A stretch of DNA of 64,000 nucleotides. Source: an uncultured Synergistota bacterium (GTDB taxonomy: Bacteria; Synergistota; JAGHAJ01). Under the pieces are notes generated by a model. It made no database searches and was not told the origin of the DNA. It saw nothing but the letters and a program-made list of their open reading frames with translations. The stretch spans positions 57,999 to 121,998 of the forward strand of contig CAZLJD010000021.1 in NCBI GenBank assembly GCA_964559865.1, read 5' to 3'. Shown here one piece after another: positions 29,147 through 37,369 of this stretch (position 1 is its first letter; each line of letters begins with the position of its first letter). Made by a program: the position numbers and the translations under genes.

Positions 29147-30037
29147 CTATATAAGCCTCGTTCCATATTCTGGTCCTTCTCCCTTAAGACGACTTACCGC
29201 AGCTCTCAAAGCTCTCTTTAACATTACTTTAGACATGTGCATTCTATACTCTCTTGTAGCTCTTATATCCGTTATAGGAGATATTTCATCAACCACAGCT
29301 GCCATAGCTTCCTCCATCACACTCTCAGTGAGCTCCTTTCCACTAAGTATTGCCTCTATCTTTCTGGCTCTCACAGGCTTAGGGCCAACTGCACAGAAAG
29401 CAACCCTATACTCATTTCCCTCAATAGCAAGTACACCAACTCCTACCTGTGCGAGATCCTCACCATCGTATCTACCAAGCTTTATGTATGCCCCACCATG
29501 CCTTTTTTCCAAGACAGAGAGAGATACACCAACAACCATCTCTCCCTTTTCCAGAGCCGTCTTCCTTGGGCCAAGAAACCAATCCAGAACAGGGATCTTT
29601 CTCTCACCAGATGGTCCCTTAACTACAACATTAGCCTCATACAACAAAACAGCTGGTCCACTATCCAAAGATGGTACTGCAGAACACATGTTACCCACCA
29701 ATGTAGCCCTATTTCTTATACCCATAGACGCCACACTCTTGGAAGCCTCCCAAAGCACAGGGAAATTTTTCCTAACTACTTCAGAGTCTATCAGCTCATT
29801 AAAGGTAACGAGGGCACCCACAAAGAGGTGCCCATCTTTAAATTCAAACCTTTTAAGTTCCTCTATTCCCTTTATATCAACCACTGCTTTGGGGGTTTCA
29901 AATCCGTCCTTAACACGGACCACAAGGTCTGTTCCACCTGCAAGTACTGCCGCATCCTTTCCGTAATCCGAAAGTAGCTTAACGACTTCGTCCACGCTTC
30001 CAGGCTTAAAATACTCAAACTCATGCACTATAGCCAT
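29147..30037 (-). CDS. Molybdenum hydroxylase FAD-binding medium subunit (CoxM/XdhB type)
   Basis: 296 aa. FAD_binding_5 with an AGGTDL motif. CO-dehydrogenase-flavoprotein C-terminal domain. Confidence 0.85.
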   Translation of the reverse strand: MAIVHEFEYFKPGSVDEVVKLLSDYGKDAAVLAGGTDLVVRVKDGFETPKAVVDIKGIEELKRFEFKDGHLFVGALVTFNELIDSEVVRKNFPVLWEASKSVASMGIRNRATLVGNMCSAVPSLDSGPAVLLYEANVVVKGPSGERKIPVLDWFLGPRKTALEKGEMVVGVSLSVLEKRHGGAYIKLGRYDGEDLAQVGVGVLAIEGNEYRVAFCAVGPKPVRARKIEAILSGKELTESVMEEAMAAVVDEISPITDIRATREYRMHMSKVMLKRALRAAVSRLKGEGPEYGTRLI

Positions 30038-30058
30038 TACATTACACCCCCTAACTCT

Positions 30059-31699
30059 TTATTCTGGCATCCTAAACGCAACAAACCTACCCCACATAGA
30101 AGTAGCCTCTATTGCTCTGATGAGGTAAGCAGCTATGTAATACCTCCCACTCCCAAGGTTTCTTATGTCATTTCCAAGGTTCTCAGCATGCACAAGATGC
30201 TGCGGGAAGAGTTTTATGTGCATTACCTGATAGAACTCATCTATAGGATACATCTCGTCCCAATCCTTTCCAAATGCCTCTATTAGCTTCCTGTTTGCCT
30301 CCTCAAAGGTCTTTGGATGCCATATTCTCATTATAGTATTCATAGGGTGATCTGCGCTAACAGCATCTACTCCTATCCACTTTATCTTCATATCGAGTGC
30401 CCACTGTGGAAAGTCTGGAGATGGACCTGGGTGCTTGACCATATATCTAAATTCATCAGATTCTGGGGTATTCCAACCGTATTTCCACCATCCCGTCTTT
30501 ATAATCAGGATGTCTCCTTCACGAATGTCTACTACCTTCTTTATCATTTCTGGAGTATAAACACTCGAATTACTCACCATATCAGATATATCTGCAATAA
30601 CCCCAGGGCCCACCCACTCTTCGAGTGGCACTTGACCTATAGGCCTACCCGCTGGATAGAAGTGTATTTCACCATCCATGTGCGTTGCAAGGTGAATACT
30701 CGCATTACAGATAGAGCCGTTTCTCCCCATCCCAAACTGCTGGCCACCAACCCTCTTGTGGAACCTTACGCTCAATGGTTCGTAGTTCAACCACTGTGGT
30801 GTCCTCACGCTAAACGGCAACGTCATGTCGTACTTCTCCATGTTGTCAAGGGCACTGTAAAACTCCTCCTCATCCATACCATCTGGAGGCTGATAGGCAA
30901 CTACCCTAACCCACGCTGCTTCCGTTTCCATAAACGGTATAGGATAACCTACTATCCACGCACGCTGGTTTTTGAGTTTATCTACATCCCCACCTATGCT
31001 CTCAATAAACACAAGGTGAGCATTAGGCACCTTTATGTGCATGAGTTCATAATACCAGTCAGGTGGGAACATTTCGTCCCAGCTCTTGCCGTATTTTTCT
31101 TTTAATTTTGCCTCAGCCTTCTCAAAGTGTAGCTTGTGCATATACCTTATAGGTGTATTCATGGGATGTTCTATACTTCCACAATCCACCCCTACCCACT
31201 TAAACTTCATCTTTATAGCCCAATCAAAGAAATCTGGAGATGGACCCGGGTGCTGAACAAGATACTTAAATTCACTGGAGTCTGGTTTCTCCCAAGAATA
31301 CTTGCTGTAACCCGTATATATAATAAGTATGTCACCCTCACGGACATCTGCTTTCTTCATTATCATTTCTGGAGTATAGAGACTATAGTCGGAAACCTCA
31401 TCAGATATGTCAACTATAACACCCCTCCCACCCAGCTCATCCAGAGGGATGTCGCTTATTGCCCTACCTGCAGAGTTAAAACTCGTCTCTCCAACGAGAT
31501 GTGTACCTGTAGTGTTGCTCCAATTTAGTATCTGACCGTTTGCACCCTGACCACCACCAAATGCACCAGTAACCCTCTTAAAGAAGTGGATACCAAGGGC
31601 TTTGTCACCCGGCCATGGGGGGGTATATATACTCAGAGGCTGGGTGATATCATACATCTTCGCTGAGCTTAACATCCTTATGAACTCTTCATTTCTCAT
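30059..31699 (-). CDS. Tandem-domain cyclase-family (KynB/isatin-hydrolase-like, PF04199) metal-dependent hydrolase
   Basis: 546 aa made of two homologous ~260-aa cyclase domains. Domain 2 keeps the HxxTHxDxxxH metal motif (IHLATHMDGEIHF). Domain 1 has it degenerate (TTGTHLVGETSF). Both are paralogous to the 254-aa cyclase at 42699-43463. Confidence 0.75.
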   Translation of the reverse strand: MRNEEFIRMLSSAKMYDITQPLSIYTPPWPGDKALGIHFFKRVTGAFGGGQGANGQILNWSNTTGTHLVGETSFNSAGRAISDIPLDELGGRGVIVDISDEVSDYSLYTPEMIMKKADVREGDILIIYTGYSKYSWEKPDSSEFKYLVQHPGPSPDFFDWAIKMKFKWVGVDCGSIEHPMNTPIRYMHKLHFEKAEAKLKEKYGKSWDEMFPPDWYYELMHIKVPNAHLVFIESIGGDVDKLKNQRAWIVGYPIPFMETEAAWVRVVAYQPPDGMDEEEFYSALDNMEKYDMTLPFSVRTPQWLNYEPLSVRFHKRVGGQQFGMGRNGSICNASIHLATHMDGEIHFYPAGRPIGQVPLEEWVGPGVIADISDMVSNSSVYTPEMIKKVVDIREGDILIIKTGWWKYGWNTPESDEFRYMVKHPGPSPDFPQWALDMKIKWIGVDAVSADHPMNTIMRIWHPKTFEEANRKLIEAFGKDWDEMYPIDEFYQVMHIKLFPQHLVHAENLGNDIRNLGSGRYYIAAYLIRAIEATSMWGRFVAFRMPE

Positions 31700-31711
31700 A
31701 CTATCGCCTCC

Positions 31712-32959
31712 TTACTCAATATTGTACTTCTCTGCAAAAGCCTCAAGGGCCTTCTCAAAAACCTCCATAGGAGCATCCACCAAACCCGCACCTACTTGTC
31801 CAACTCCCGGCTTCTTGTGTGCAACACCGGTGTCGATAAACGGAGGTATTCCCTTTTCCACTACCTTTACTATATCTATACCTGTTGGTGTGCCTCTAAA
31901 GTCCAGGAAAGGTATCTGGTAAACATTGTTCTCCCCAATAGTTATCTCATACATAGCAAGGGTCTTTTCGACGGATTCCTTGACGGTACCACCCACAAAC
32001 TGTATTATAGCCGGTGCCGCTGCTATTGCAAAACCTCCAAGACCAGCTGTCTCCATTATTGCACTGTCACCAATGTCAGGGTTAACATCCTCCTTTGTAA
32101 ATCCAGGGAACAACAGGACATCTGGTACAGGTGCCGGCGCCGTAAACCACTGATCACCAAGTCCCGAAACCTGAATACCAAAATCTGTCCCATTCCTAGC
32201 CATAACTGTTACCATAGTACTGCCTTCTATATTCTTTGCAGGATCGAGACTCACCTTCGCACTCGTCATAGCAAAACCAAGAAATGTATGTATATTCTCC
32301 TCCATAAATCTCATAACCTCATTGGTTTCATGGTGGTCCTTCATCGTCTCTGCCATAGCACCAGCAATCTTAGCAAAGAGCACATAAGATGCTGCTCTAC
32401 TCCTATTGTGTAACTCATCTCCCATATGCAACGCCTGTGCTATTATATTCTTGAGGTCAAGTTTTCCTATTTTTCTTATAGCCCTCTGCCACACCGGGAA
32501 CATGACATTTTCAAGCCACTTCAATCTCTCAATGACATCGGGTGAATAGGCACCCATTCTCAAGACCTTACCTATACCTTCGTTAAGCGTCTGGTAAGCT
32601 CTATTGCCGTGAGCCTCATTTTCGGTGATTATTACTGGCATCGAAGCCGATACTATGCCAGCCATTGGCCCTACTGTATTGTGATGATGACAAGGAGAAA
32701 ACTCTATCTCTCCAGATGCAGCCAGCTCCTCTGCCTCTTCGGGGGTCTTTGCAAGTCCTTCATACATCAGAGCACCTATAACCGCTCCTCTCTGTGGCCC
32801 ACACATTCTATCCCATGTAATAGGAGGTCCTGCGTGCAGAATGAGATTTTTCTTCATCCCGGGGATAACATCTATAGCCTTCCCCATATCCACCCACATC
32901 GGCTTAGCCTCTAACAAGATCTTCAATGCCTTCTCATTCGCCTTCTCGATATCAACCAT
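31712..32959 (-). CDS. ylbE: DUF1116 protein, YlbE homolog (putative oxamate-carbamoyltransferase subunit)
   Basis: 415 aa. Blocks LHAGPPITWDRMCGPQRGAVIGA, PCHHHNTVGPMAGIVSASMPV and DGNRAYQTLNEGIGKVLRMGAY match, as far as I recall, the conserved blocks of E. coli YlbE. Confidence 0.75.
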   Translation of the reverse strand: MVDIEKANEKALKILLEAKPMWVDMGKAIDVIPGMKKNLILHAGPPITWDRMCGPQRGAVIGALMYEGLAKTPEEAEELAASGEIEFSPCHHHNTVGPMAGIVSASMPVIITENEAHGNRAYQTLNEGIGKVLRMGAYSPDVIERLKWLENVMFPVWQRAIRKIGKLDLKNIIAQALHMGDELHNRSRAASYVLFAKIAGAMAETMKDHHETNEVMRFMEENIHTFLGFAMTSAKVSLDPAKNIEGSTMVTVMARNGTDFGIQVSGLGDQWFTAPAPVPDVLLFPGFTKEDVNPDIGDSAIMETAGLGGFAIAAAPAIIQFVGGTVKESVEKTLAMYEITIGENNVYQIPFLDFRGTPTGIDIVKVVEKGIPPFIDTGVAHKKPGVGQVGAGLVDAPMEVFEKALEAFAEKYNIE

Positions 32960-32993
32960 TGCTCTGCCTCCTTACTAAAATTGTTTTATTCAA

Positions 32994-33019
32994 TTGTTGA
33001 AATTAATAATTTTTAACAA
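32994..33019. promoter_or_regulatory. Imperfect 26-bp palindrome (TTGTTGAAATTAATAATTTTTAACAA) in the divergent ylbE/permease control region
   Basis: Seen directly in the sequence. Shares the TTGTTGAAAT half-site with the palindrome at 25430. Confidence 0.35.
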
Positions 33020-33404
33020 AATTATTTCACCCCTCAGTTACCACCTCCTTTCAAGCTACAATATACCATAGCAGTTGAATTTTTTCAAGTTTTCCAATAT
33101 ACAAATATTTACAAAGTTGCAGGCTTTCAAAACTTACCGTTTGTGTAATCTTCTAAATTTATAAGACAAAATCAATGACCTAAGCCTGCAGAATGTCAGT
33201 AAAATACTACAAAAACTCAATCTTCTCTTTCTTACTCATAAACTTGACAAAAGCAGCAGTTGTGATATACTTTCGAGCAGTTAATGAAGTGTTACACTTC
33301 TTCAAATTGGGGGGTGGTAGCGAAAGAAAGCTATCAAGTGTTTGAAGCATACTGAAAAGTGATCTACGGTTTAGGTAATCACTTTGAGGAGGGGAGGTTA
33401 CAGT

Positions 33405-34940
33405 ATGGCAGAGCAAACAACTATGCAAAAGGGTTGGGTTATATACCCAATAGGAAGCAGGCCTAAAATGGCATTGTCCTTCTTCCTTGGATTACAGCAC
33501 TATCTTACCATGTTCGGCGCAACCGTTAGTATACCATTGATACTCAGCGGTGCCATGAAGATGCCACCTCAGGAAACAGCACTCTTAATTTCCACCATAT
33601 TTCTGGCAAGCGGTATAGCAACACTCTTACAGCAGTACATAGGTAACAGACTACCTATAGTTCAAGGTGGGAGCTTTTCGTTTCTTGGCCCGGCATTCGC
33701 CATCATTGCATTGGTAGGTCAGCACGGCGGAAACTGGCAAAACATGATACAAACCGTATCCACAGCAATACTGTTTGGCTCATTCTTTGAAATTATACTT
33801 GGTTATAGTGGTTTGATGGGACAGATCAAAAAGGTCATAGGTCCAATAACGATAGCACCAACAATTACAATGATAGGACTCTCTCTGTTTGGGGTAGGTG
33901 CCCCATTCATGGCAGGAAACTGGACAATATCGGTCATCACCTTAATAGCACTAATACTCTACTCGCAGGTCTTCGCAAGAAAGTCGAGGGTATTTCTATT
34001 GTTCCCAGTTCTTCTGGCTATACTTACGGGTTGGATACTCTCTCTGATAGGAACGCTTACAGGCATAATTCCTCCTGGAAACCCTGCAAACCTTGCAAAA
34101 GGACTCCAACTAATACACAACTCTCCTTGGTTCTGGATAAGGCCAATCATACCATTCAAGTGGGGATTTCCACCCATTGACTCTGTAGTAACAGCAGGGG
34201 CAATAGGTACATTGGCAGGATACATAGCATCAATGGTGGAATCCATCGGAGACTATCACTCCTGCGCAAGGATAGCTGAAGGGCCTGTACCCACAGCAAG
34301 GATGATATCAAAAGGACTTGGGGCTGAGGGTGTTGGCTGTCTCGTAGCAGGTATTCTGCAGACCGGCAATGGAACCACATCTTACACCGAGAATATCGGT
34401 GCAATTGGTATCACGAGGGTAGCATCCAGGCGAGTGATAAAAGCAGGTGCAACTATAGCCATTGTAATACCATTCTTTGCAAAGTTTGGTGCGATCCTGG
34501 CCACACTACCGCAACCTGTCGTGGGCGCAATGTATGTGGGACTATTCGGCTTGATTGCAGCAGTCGGGTTATCCAACCTTCAGTTCGTCAACCTGAACAA
34601 CTCGAGGAATCTGTTTATACTTGGTCTGGCACTCTTCAGCGGTCTCACATTCCCAGCATACTTCAACGCCCACCCAATACATTGGGGTGCTCCCGGGACA
34701 CTAACAGGGACTCTCGGAGATATAGCTCAGACTATACTAACAACCGGCATGGCAGTATCAGCCTTTATCGCAATGGCTCTGGACAACTGGCTGCCTGGTG
34801 CAACACGAGAGGAAAGAGGCCTCGCAGTTTGGGAGAGAGAAGCAACAGAAGAGGCATGGATCGAAGCAGAGAAAGAGTGGGCAAAGATGAAAGTTGGGGA
34901 AGAGAGAAAATTAGAAGGATTCGAAGGCTCACAAAGTTAG
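33405..34940 (+). CDS. NCS2-family nucleobase:cation symporter (xanthine/uracil/urate permease type)
   Basis: 511 aa from ATG 33405 (GGAGGGGAGG SD). About 12 TM helices. NCS2-like N-terminus LGLQHYLTMFGATVSIPL. Confidence 0.8.
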   Translation: MAEQTTMQKGWVIYPIGSRPKMALSFFLGLQHYLTMFGATVSIPLILSGAMKMPPQETALLISTIFLASGIATLLQQYIGNRLPIVQGGSFSFLGPAFAIIALVGQHGGNWQNMIQTVSTAILFGSFFEIILGYSGLMGQIKKVIGPITIAPTITMIGLSLFGVGAPFMAGNWTISVITLIALILYSQVFARKSRVFLLFPVLLAILTGWILSLIGTLTGIIPPGNPANLAKGLQLIHNSPWFWIRPIIPFKWGFPPIDSVVTAGAIGTLAGYIASMVESIGDYHSCARIAEGPVPTARMISKGLGAEGVGCLVAGILQTGNGTTSYTENIGAIGITRVASRRVIKAGATIAIVIPFFAKFGAILATLPQPVVGAMYVGLFGLIAAVGLSNLQFVNLNNSRNLFILGLALFSGLTFPAYFNAHPIHWGAPGTLTGTLGDIAQTILTTGMAVSAFIAMALDNWLPGATREERGLAVWEREATEEAWIEAEKEWAKMKVGEERKLEGFEGSQS

Positions 34941-35022
34941 CATATTATGTAATAAAGTTACCTATAGAAGGGGGCTCTCAAAAAAAAGGGGTCCCCTTCT
35001 ACTTTGTGAGGAGTATATCAAA

Positions 35023-35406
35023 ATGTGGCAAAAGGTCAAAAAAGTTGTCTGGTGGAGTTTCATAGCTATATATGTAGCGATTACCATATACCTCCTGTAC
35101 AATGTGGGAAATCCAAATTCTCTTTTAAGGTACTTCATAAAGGATACTTCTTATGACCTATACATAACATTTGCGTTTGCGTTCTCCATGTCGCTGATCA
35201 GCTTCTTTACCTCCCTTACAAAGGAAAACAGAGAATATAAAGAGCTCATAGAGAATAACATAGAATACATAAGGGAGCTAAGAAAGAAGAAGTGGACAGA
35301 CGAACAGATCGCAGAGTCTATCCTACAAGCACTCGGAAGCAGGGAAGGTTTCCACCACAGATACGCAAGAAAAAAACTTATGCTATTCCTATCAAGGGTA
35401 AAATAA
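35023..35406 (+). CDS. Hypothetical membrane protein
   Basis: 127 aa with two predicted TM helices. No recognisable family. Confidence 0.4.
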   Translation: MWQKVKKVVWWSFIAIYVAITIYLLYNVGNPNSLLRYFIKDTSYDLYITFAFAFSMSLISFFTSLTKENREYKELIENNIEYIRELRKKKWTDEQIAESILQALGSREGFHHRYARKKLMLFLSRVK

Positions 35407-35414
35407 GGTGAATC

Positions 35415-35873
35415 ATGGATATAAACCAGCTAATTCTTGGAGGCATTCTAATAGGAGGAATGCTATTCTTTTACTGGTTTAAACAAAATGACAGAAAAAA
35501 AATTCTCTCCATGTTTCCCGCAAGAGAGATTGTGGCATACACACACGGTGTAACCTGTTTTGGTTTAGCATCTGAGCCTGGAGGCATAAAAGAGTCTTCA
35601 GGGAGCATACTCTTGTTGAAGGATAGAATATTCTACAAAGATAGGTTTGGTAAAAGGGAGATATTCATACCAAAAGAAAACCTTTTATCCATCGTGGTCA
35701 CAGACAATCACAAAGGTGAACCAACATACCAGAAATGCTTAGCCTTTTATTTCAAGGACGATTATGATAGAATAGAAAGGGTTGCCTTTATCATTCCACA
35801 TCCAAAACAGTGGGTAGAGATTGTAAAACGCACCTTCCAGAAGGAGATCCCGATAAAAGAGGAACTGTGGTGA
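35415..35873 (+). CDS. Hypothetical protein with N-terminal TM anchor
   Basis: 152 aa. No recognisable family. Confidence 0.4.
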   Translation: MDINQLILGGILIGGMLFFYWFKQNDRKKILSMFPAREIVAYTHGVTCFGLASEPGGIKESSGSILLLKDRIFYKDRFGKREIFIPKENLLSIVVTDNHKGEPTYQKCLAFYFKDDYDRIERVAFIIPHPKQWVEIVKRTFQKEIPIKEELW

Positions 35874-35879
35874 AGGAGA

Positions 35880-36242
35880 GTGAGAAAAGTGCATATCACT
35901 ATTATAGTTTACCATCACCCCTACTCGTACGAAGACATGGACACAGCGATAAATATCATAAAAGCACTAAGAGAAGAAAACCATAAGTGCACACTCATGC
36001 TGTTCATGGACGCCGTTACAGCCACAAATAGGGAGATAAAACCACCAAAATACGACAGAAACATAGCAGAAAAGCTACAAAACCTTATAGATAAAGATGT
36101 AAAAGTCATAGTCTGCGGCTCATGTACGCTCTACAGGGGAGTCAGTAAAGCAGAACTTTTGGAGAATGTATCCCTGGGCGGACTTTCAACGCTGGGAGAG
36201 GTCATCAAACACAGCGATAGAGTGATAAACATAGGATGGTGA
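35880..36242 (+). CDS. DsrE/TusD-like sulfur-relay protein
   Basis: 120 aa DsrE/DsrF-like fold (HITIIVYHHPYSYEDMDTAINIIKA...VIVCGSC). First gene of a DsrEFH-like trio. Confidence 0.65.
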   Translation: MRKVHITIIVYHHPYSYEDMDTAINIIKALREENHKCTLMLFMDAVTATNREIKPPKYDRNIAEKLQNLIDKDVKVIVCGSCTLYRGVSKAELLENVSLGGLSTLGEVIKHSDRVINIGW

Positions 36243-36243
36243 G

Positions 36244-36618
36244 GTGAGGAGATTGGAAGAAAAAACCATAACCATAGTATCCAGACACAGCCCTATGGGA
36301 ACATCTACCGTGCACGAGGCATTTAGAGCCAGTATTGGGTGCAGTAGCGAAAACAAGCACATAAACTTAGTATTAGCAGAAGATAGCGTCTTTGCTCTGT
36401 TAAAACCAATAAAGGGAAAAAACCCCATAGATATACCCTCTCTGGAAAGGTACTTCTTGAGTCTTCAGGAATTCGGGATAAATCTCCTGATCCATAAACC
36501 ATCCTTCAAAGAGAGAATCAACCCAGAAAAAGACGAGCTTCTCCCATACGGAAAGTTTATCTCCGACAAAGAGCTAACCCAACTGATAAGAAAAAGCGAC
36601 ACAATCCTTTTATTCTAA
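36244..36618 (+). CDS. DsrF/TusC-like protein
   Basis: 124 aa. Middle gene of the DsrEFH-like trio. Confidence 0.55.
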   Translation: MRRLEEKTITIVSRHSPMGTSTVHEAFRASIGCSSENKHINLVLAEDSVFALLKPIKGKNPIDIPSLERYFLSLQEFGINLLIHKPSFKERINPEKDELLPYGKFISDKELTQLIRKSDTILLF

Positions 36619-36633
36619 CGGGAGGGAAAGACA

Positions 36634-36933
36634 ATGGAAACCCTTTTCATACTGAAGGCATCACCATACACTAACAGCTACAGTGTAATACTCAACTCTG
36701 TTCTACCAGGTGATAGCATCGTCCTAATCCAAGACGCCGTGGTAGGCGCAAAGGCTGCACCGGTAGACTTCAAAGAAAAGATAAAGAAGTTGAGAGAAAA
36801 AGAGATACCTACATATGTGTTAAAAGAAGACCTACTTCTAAGAAACATCCAAAACATAGAAGGAGGATTCAAGGAAATCACATACAAGGAATTGGCAAAG
36901 CTCATAGTAGAGCACAAAAGGGTAGTATCATAG
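36634..36933 (+). CDS. DsrH/TusB-like protein
   Basis: 99 aa. METLFILKASPYTNSY...GDSIVLIQDAV is typical of DsrH/TusB. Confidence 0.6.
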   Translation: METLFILKASPYTNSYSVILNSVLPGDSIVLIQDAVVGAKAAPVDFKEKIKKLREKEIPTYVLKEDLLLRNIQNIEGGFKEITYKELAKLIVEHKRVVS

Positions 36934-36952
36934 AAGCAGCAGGAGGATAGCC

Positions 36953-37369
36953 ATGCGGATTAGCGTGTACGATCCACAACGGTGTATAGGGTGTGGAAGC
37001 TGTATGTTTGCATGTGCAAGGAGAGCAGGAGATGGAGGGCTAAGCAATACTGCCATAGCGGTAAGGTCATCTGGAGGGATAAGCAAAGGGTTTAGTGTTA
37101 TTGTATGCAGGGCGTGTACAGACCCTCCCTGTTCAAAGGTGTGTCCCACAAATGCACTGATCCCCAGAAAGGGTGGAGGTGTGATCCTCAATCCTACAAA
37201 GTGTATCGGATGTGAAAACTGCCGAGAAGCATGCCCTATCGGAGCAGTCTTCTGGAACGAGGAGATAAACAAACCCGTAATATGCGTGCAGTGTGGATAC
37301 TGTGTGGAGTTTTGCCCTCATGGAGTACTAAAAATGGAAGATAGTGGGGTGGCTGCACATGTTGGATGA
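36953..37369 (+). CDS. Ferredoxin-like [4Fe-4S] electron-transfer subunit paired with the second AOR
   Basis: 138 aa with CIGCGSCMFAC, CRAC...C, CIGCENCREACP and CVQCGYCVEFCP motifs. Overlaps the AOR start. Confidence 0.8.
   Translation: MRISVYDPQRCIGCGSCMFACARRAGDGGLSNTAIAVRSSGGISKGFSVIVCRACTDPPCSKVCPTNALIPRKGGGVILNPTKCIGCENCREACPIGAVFWNEEINKPVICVQCGYCVEFCPHGVLKMEDSGVAAHVG

Noticed and set aside
28683-29977. Long plus-strand ORFs (427 aa and 246 aa) overlapping the Mo-hydroxylase S and M subunit genes
   Set aside because: They are antisense to well-supported genes. Their composition is low-complexity and Ser/Thr/Leu-rich, typical of frame artefacts. They have no SD.
33100-33404. Purine (guanine/xanthine) riboswitch upstream of the NCS2 permease
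   Set aside because: The conserved riboswitch core segments (UUUCUACC, CCGUAAAU, the P2/P3 loop-loop motifs) are absent from the leader. Only a generic hairpin is present.
34961-35000. Possible terminator after the permease (AGAAGGGG...A8...CCCCTTCT)
   Set aside because: The stem encloses a 19-nt A-rich loop and is not followed by a U-run. It is too weak to call.
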